A stretch of DNA of 64,000 nt from Eledone cirrhosa (taxonomy: Eukaryota), in the NCBI GenBank assembly GCA_964016885.1, contig OZ024756.1:40672001-40736000 (forward strand). The letters are read 5' to 3'. The notes under the pieces were generated by a model. It was not told the origin of the DNA. It did no database searches and saw only the letters and a list, made by a program, of their open reading frames with translations. Position numbers and translations under genes: made by a program. Shown piece by piece: positions 60,980-64,000 of the stretch (position 1 is the first letter of the stretch; each line of letters opens with the position of its first letter).

Positions 60980-63755
60980 CGCACATATATACACATATAT
61001 ACATTGATATGATCGACTTCAAGCTGATGCTCCAGTATGGCCATATTCTAATGACTGAAACCAGTGAAGGAATAAAAGAAGATATGTATTACAACAGTAC
61101 TATGTTAAAACTAAATTGACTACTCACGTGATAGGATATTTTTCACCTGGATCAACAGCAATGTTAAATAGCAACGGCATTGAGGTGTGATCTACCTGCT
61201 TGTGAGTGGTAACATTTACAATAAACTCTCCAGGACAAAAGTCAACACCCTGCAAAGGTAAAAAAATTATTCTTCAAATTGGGTTATTATTTCTTACACT
61301 TAACATAACCCTAAATAGGTGATGGTGGTGGTAATTTTGGTGGTGGTGATGATAGTGGTGGTGGTGATGATGATGAGGCTGTGACTGTTTATTACTTACT
61401 AAATTATATTCTTCCAATGAATTGGTCCAAGTCCACAGATGAGCTTTATAGTTACCTTGTCGTACAGCCATCAGTTCATTGCCTCGATAGTAAAATATTG
61501 GTCTACAATTGAAAACAACCACATAGTTTCATTATCTGTTACTGTTAGAAACATTCTTATAGTTCCCTACTTATAATTCTATACACAGTCATACCAGTTC
61601 TTGGTTCCTTCCAGATCACCAAATTAAGGAATTCCAGTCTTGCCTTGATGTGTCTGTCTTTGATAATAGCATCGTTTTCTAAATGTTTAACCCTTTATCA
61701 TTTACATTATATATACAATTATGTATAAGTAAAGACTTTATCTCACATAAAATCGAATCTATGAGATTTTGATATTATTTATTTTGAGAACAATACCTTA
61801 ATGTCAGTATGAGTGGCCGCTTACAGTTGGTTTGAACAAAAAGGGGTGAGAGAATTCTGGCTGGATATGGCCGGTTTAGATGCTAAAGGGTTAATGACAG
61901 ATAACAAAAAAAAGGGTGGGGGCTACTTTTAAGAATGTTAGAGACATACCTATCTATAATATGGTTATAAAATAATGTCTGTTTCAGACTGATTCCATCA
62001 ATAATTCTGTCAGTTGGTGTGGAGATATTGGCAAAGTCTAAGACAGTGCTAAATAAATCCATTAAACTACCAAGTTGATGGGAAACCTGGAGTAAGAAAG
62101 AAATAAAAGTTAGTATTTGAAATGAAAACAATTGTTAATGACCTTATTTACCCAAATATAAGTTGATCCCCACTATTTTATGTCTGGGAAATGGGCAAAA
62201 ATCTAAACCTTATTTATGTAGAATTTGAAGTTTGCTTTGCTTTTCATCCCTACGGATGTCGATAAAATAAAGCACCAGTAATGAACTGGGGTCAATTTAG
62301 TCAACTTTCTCCTCTCCCCAAATTGCTGGCCTTGTACCTATACTAGAAATCATTATTATTATTATTATTATTTCCAATCCAATTAATAGAATTATTAATT
62401 GATAATTAATACTCACAACTCCAGGTGAAATTTTGCCCGGCCACCAAGCAACTGCAGGTTCTCTCATGCCTCCTTCAAATGTTGTTTCTTTTCCACAGAG
62501 AAATGGTCCATTACTGCCCCCTAACACATTAAATAAAACACAACTTTAGGATACACATCACATATGATTTTCGAGGGTAGACAGGGTGCATTTTGTCATG
62601 GCATCAGCATGACCACCTTACAGGGGGGATTGGATGATTTTTCTTTTGCCATGGCACCAGTATGACCATCTTAATAGACATTTAATATTTCTATGCATGC
62701 CACTGAATGAGAAAATAACATTTCACGACCTACCATGAGTCTTGGCATAGGTGGCAGCACCATTATCAGAAGAGAAGAATACAAATGTGTCTTTAGATAA
62801 ATTGAAGTTGGACAAAGTTTTCAGAATATGTCCAACACCATAATCAAGTTCTCTGACAGCATCTCCATAACTGCAAATAAGACCAGATAGAAGAAAAGGT
62901 AGTAGTGGTTGTGGTGTTAGGAAAGTTATCTGGCTGTAAAACATTGCCTCAAAAAGTCCCTTCCATCCCATGCCAGCATGGACATGTTAATATAAAAACT
63001 TTGATGATGATTAATCTCTTTCTATAACTATTTGCCAATGTAGAACATCAATAGTTTTATTATATTCTATTGTTTTACTTTATTACAGTAATCCTACTGT
63101 AGAAAGTTGGGTGATAGACATAACTACATACATGGTTCAACCCACCATTTGGCCCTCATGTGCACTTTAGGGCGTCTATTCTGTTGCAAGGATTCCGGTT
63201 TGAAAATATCTTCCTTCCTGACTTCCACAAGTTTCCCAAGCCACTCCCATGCCCCCAAAAGAAGGTTATGGGCATTATCCCTTTCCCTTCCCTTCTTGAC
63301 TTAACAGTAAAAAAATTTTTTTAAATAGTAAAATTGAAAACTGTGATATTCAGATAGCTTACATTCCTCGGCTACTTGTACCCAGGAACTGAGATGAAGC
63401 GTAGACAGGAGAATGTGTAGCATCGACAGCCCAGTACAAGAAAAATGGTTGATGTTTCTTGGCTTGACTTTCAATAAATCTTTCTGCTTCCTATCACAGA
63501 AGGAGAAGGAAATCAAGAATAGACAGAAACAAGATTGAATATTGTTAAAACCTCAAAGTAAAATATTCACAGTTTCACAAAATGTCAAGAATATACAGTA
63601 TTGAGAATTGTTACAGATCTAAATTATGTTTACCTTGATAAATCTAAATTATATTTATCTTAATATAAATCTACTAAATGATATTTACCTTGATATAGAT
63701 CTGAGTTAGGTTAGATTCACCTGTTTTCCTGTTTATCTTAAAATCTTCATAATAT
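60005..63755 (-). CDS. GALNS: N-acetylgalactosamine-6-sulfatase, 5'-partial, last 9 coding exons
   Basis: Exons 63755-63689, 63490-63363, 62870-62734, 62520-62417, 62086-61950, 61502-61400, 61249-61128, 60709-60592 and 60091-60005 (TAA). Peptides [97 protein letters not shown] and [10 protein letters not shown] match GALNS. Confidence 0.95.
61691..61890. mobile_element. piggyBac-type MITE family A copy
   Basis: TTAA|CCCTTTATCATTTA ... ATGCTAAAGGG|TTAA. Confidence 0.82.
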
Positions 63756-64000
63756 CTGTAAAGAAACACAGTATTAATTTAAAGTAGCACTAACATAGAG
63801 TTATTCATCATAGGGGTGTATATGAAACCATATACAATATGTTTATGTATGATAAAAACTCACTATGAATTTTCAGATTTGATCTGTGTGGGTAGGTCGG
63901 TAGGTGGGTGGCTAGGTAAGTAGTTTCATTTAGATATCTTGTCTCAATGTTCTAATAACAGTAGCCATACCAAGGACAACCTTTCTAGTACTGGTTGTTA

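Overview
AT-rich, microsatellite-dense animal genomic DNA. The repeat landscape suggests an octopod cephalopod; this is inference, not proven. Most ORFs in the supplied track are artefacts of repeats, so the real genes were rebuilt by hand from GT-AG exons with consistent phases. In order: 3' part of CCNDBP1 (+, 815-4942), TRIQK (-, 6766-10865), ENY2 (+, 16030-21380), GPATCH1 (-, 18 exons, 23376-37859), single-exon SOCS6 (+, 48896-50890) and the 3' nine exons of GALNS (-, 60005-63755). Introns and intergenic DNA hold minisatellites, tRNA-derived SINEs, TTAA-flanked piggyBac-type MITEs, hAT/mariner/pogo-type MITEs and remnants of several LINE clades. Most notable: (i) a candidate unannotated 127-aa three-exon gene at 39178-40849 (-) whose start codon and acceptor lie in the antisense strand of a LINE remnant; (ii) tandem duplications seeded on splice junctions, the extreme case being about 29 copies of a TRIQK 5' splice site; (iii) several near-perfect long hairpins; (iv) nested and SINE-derived repeats with visible target-site duplications. 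No prokaryotic-type system such as CRISPR is present.
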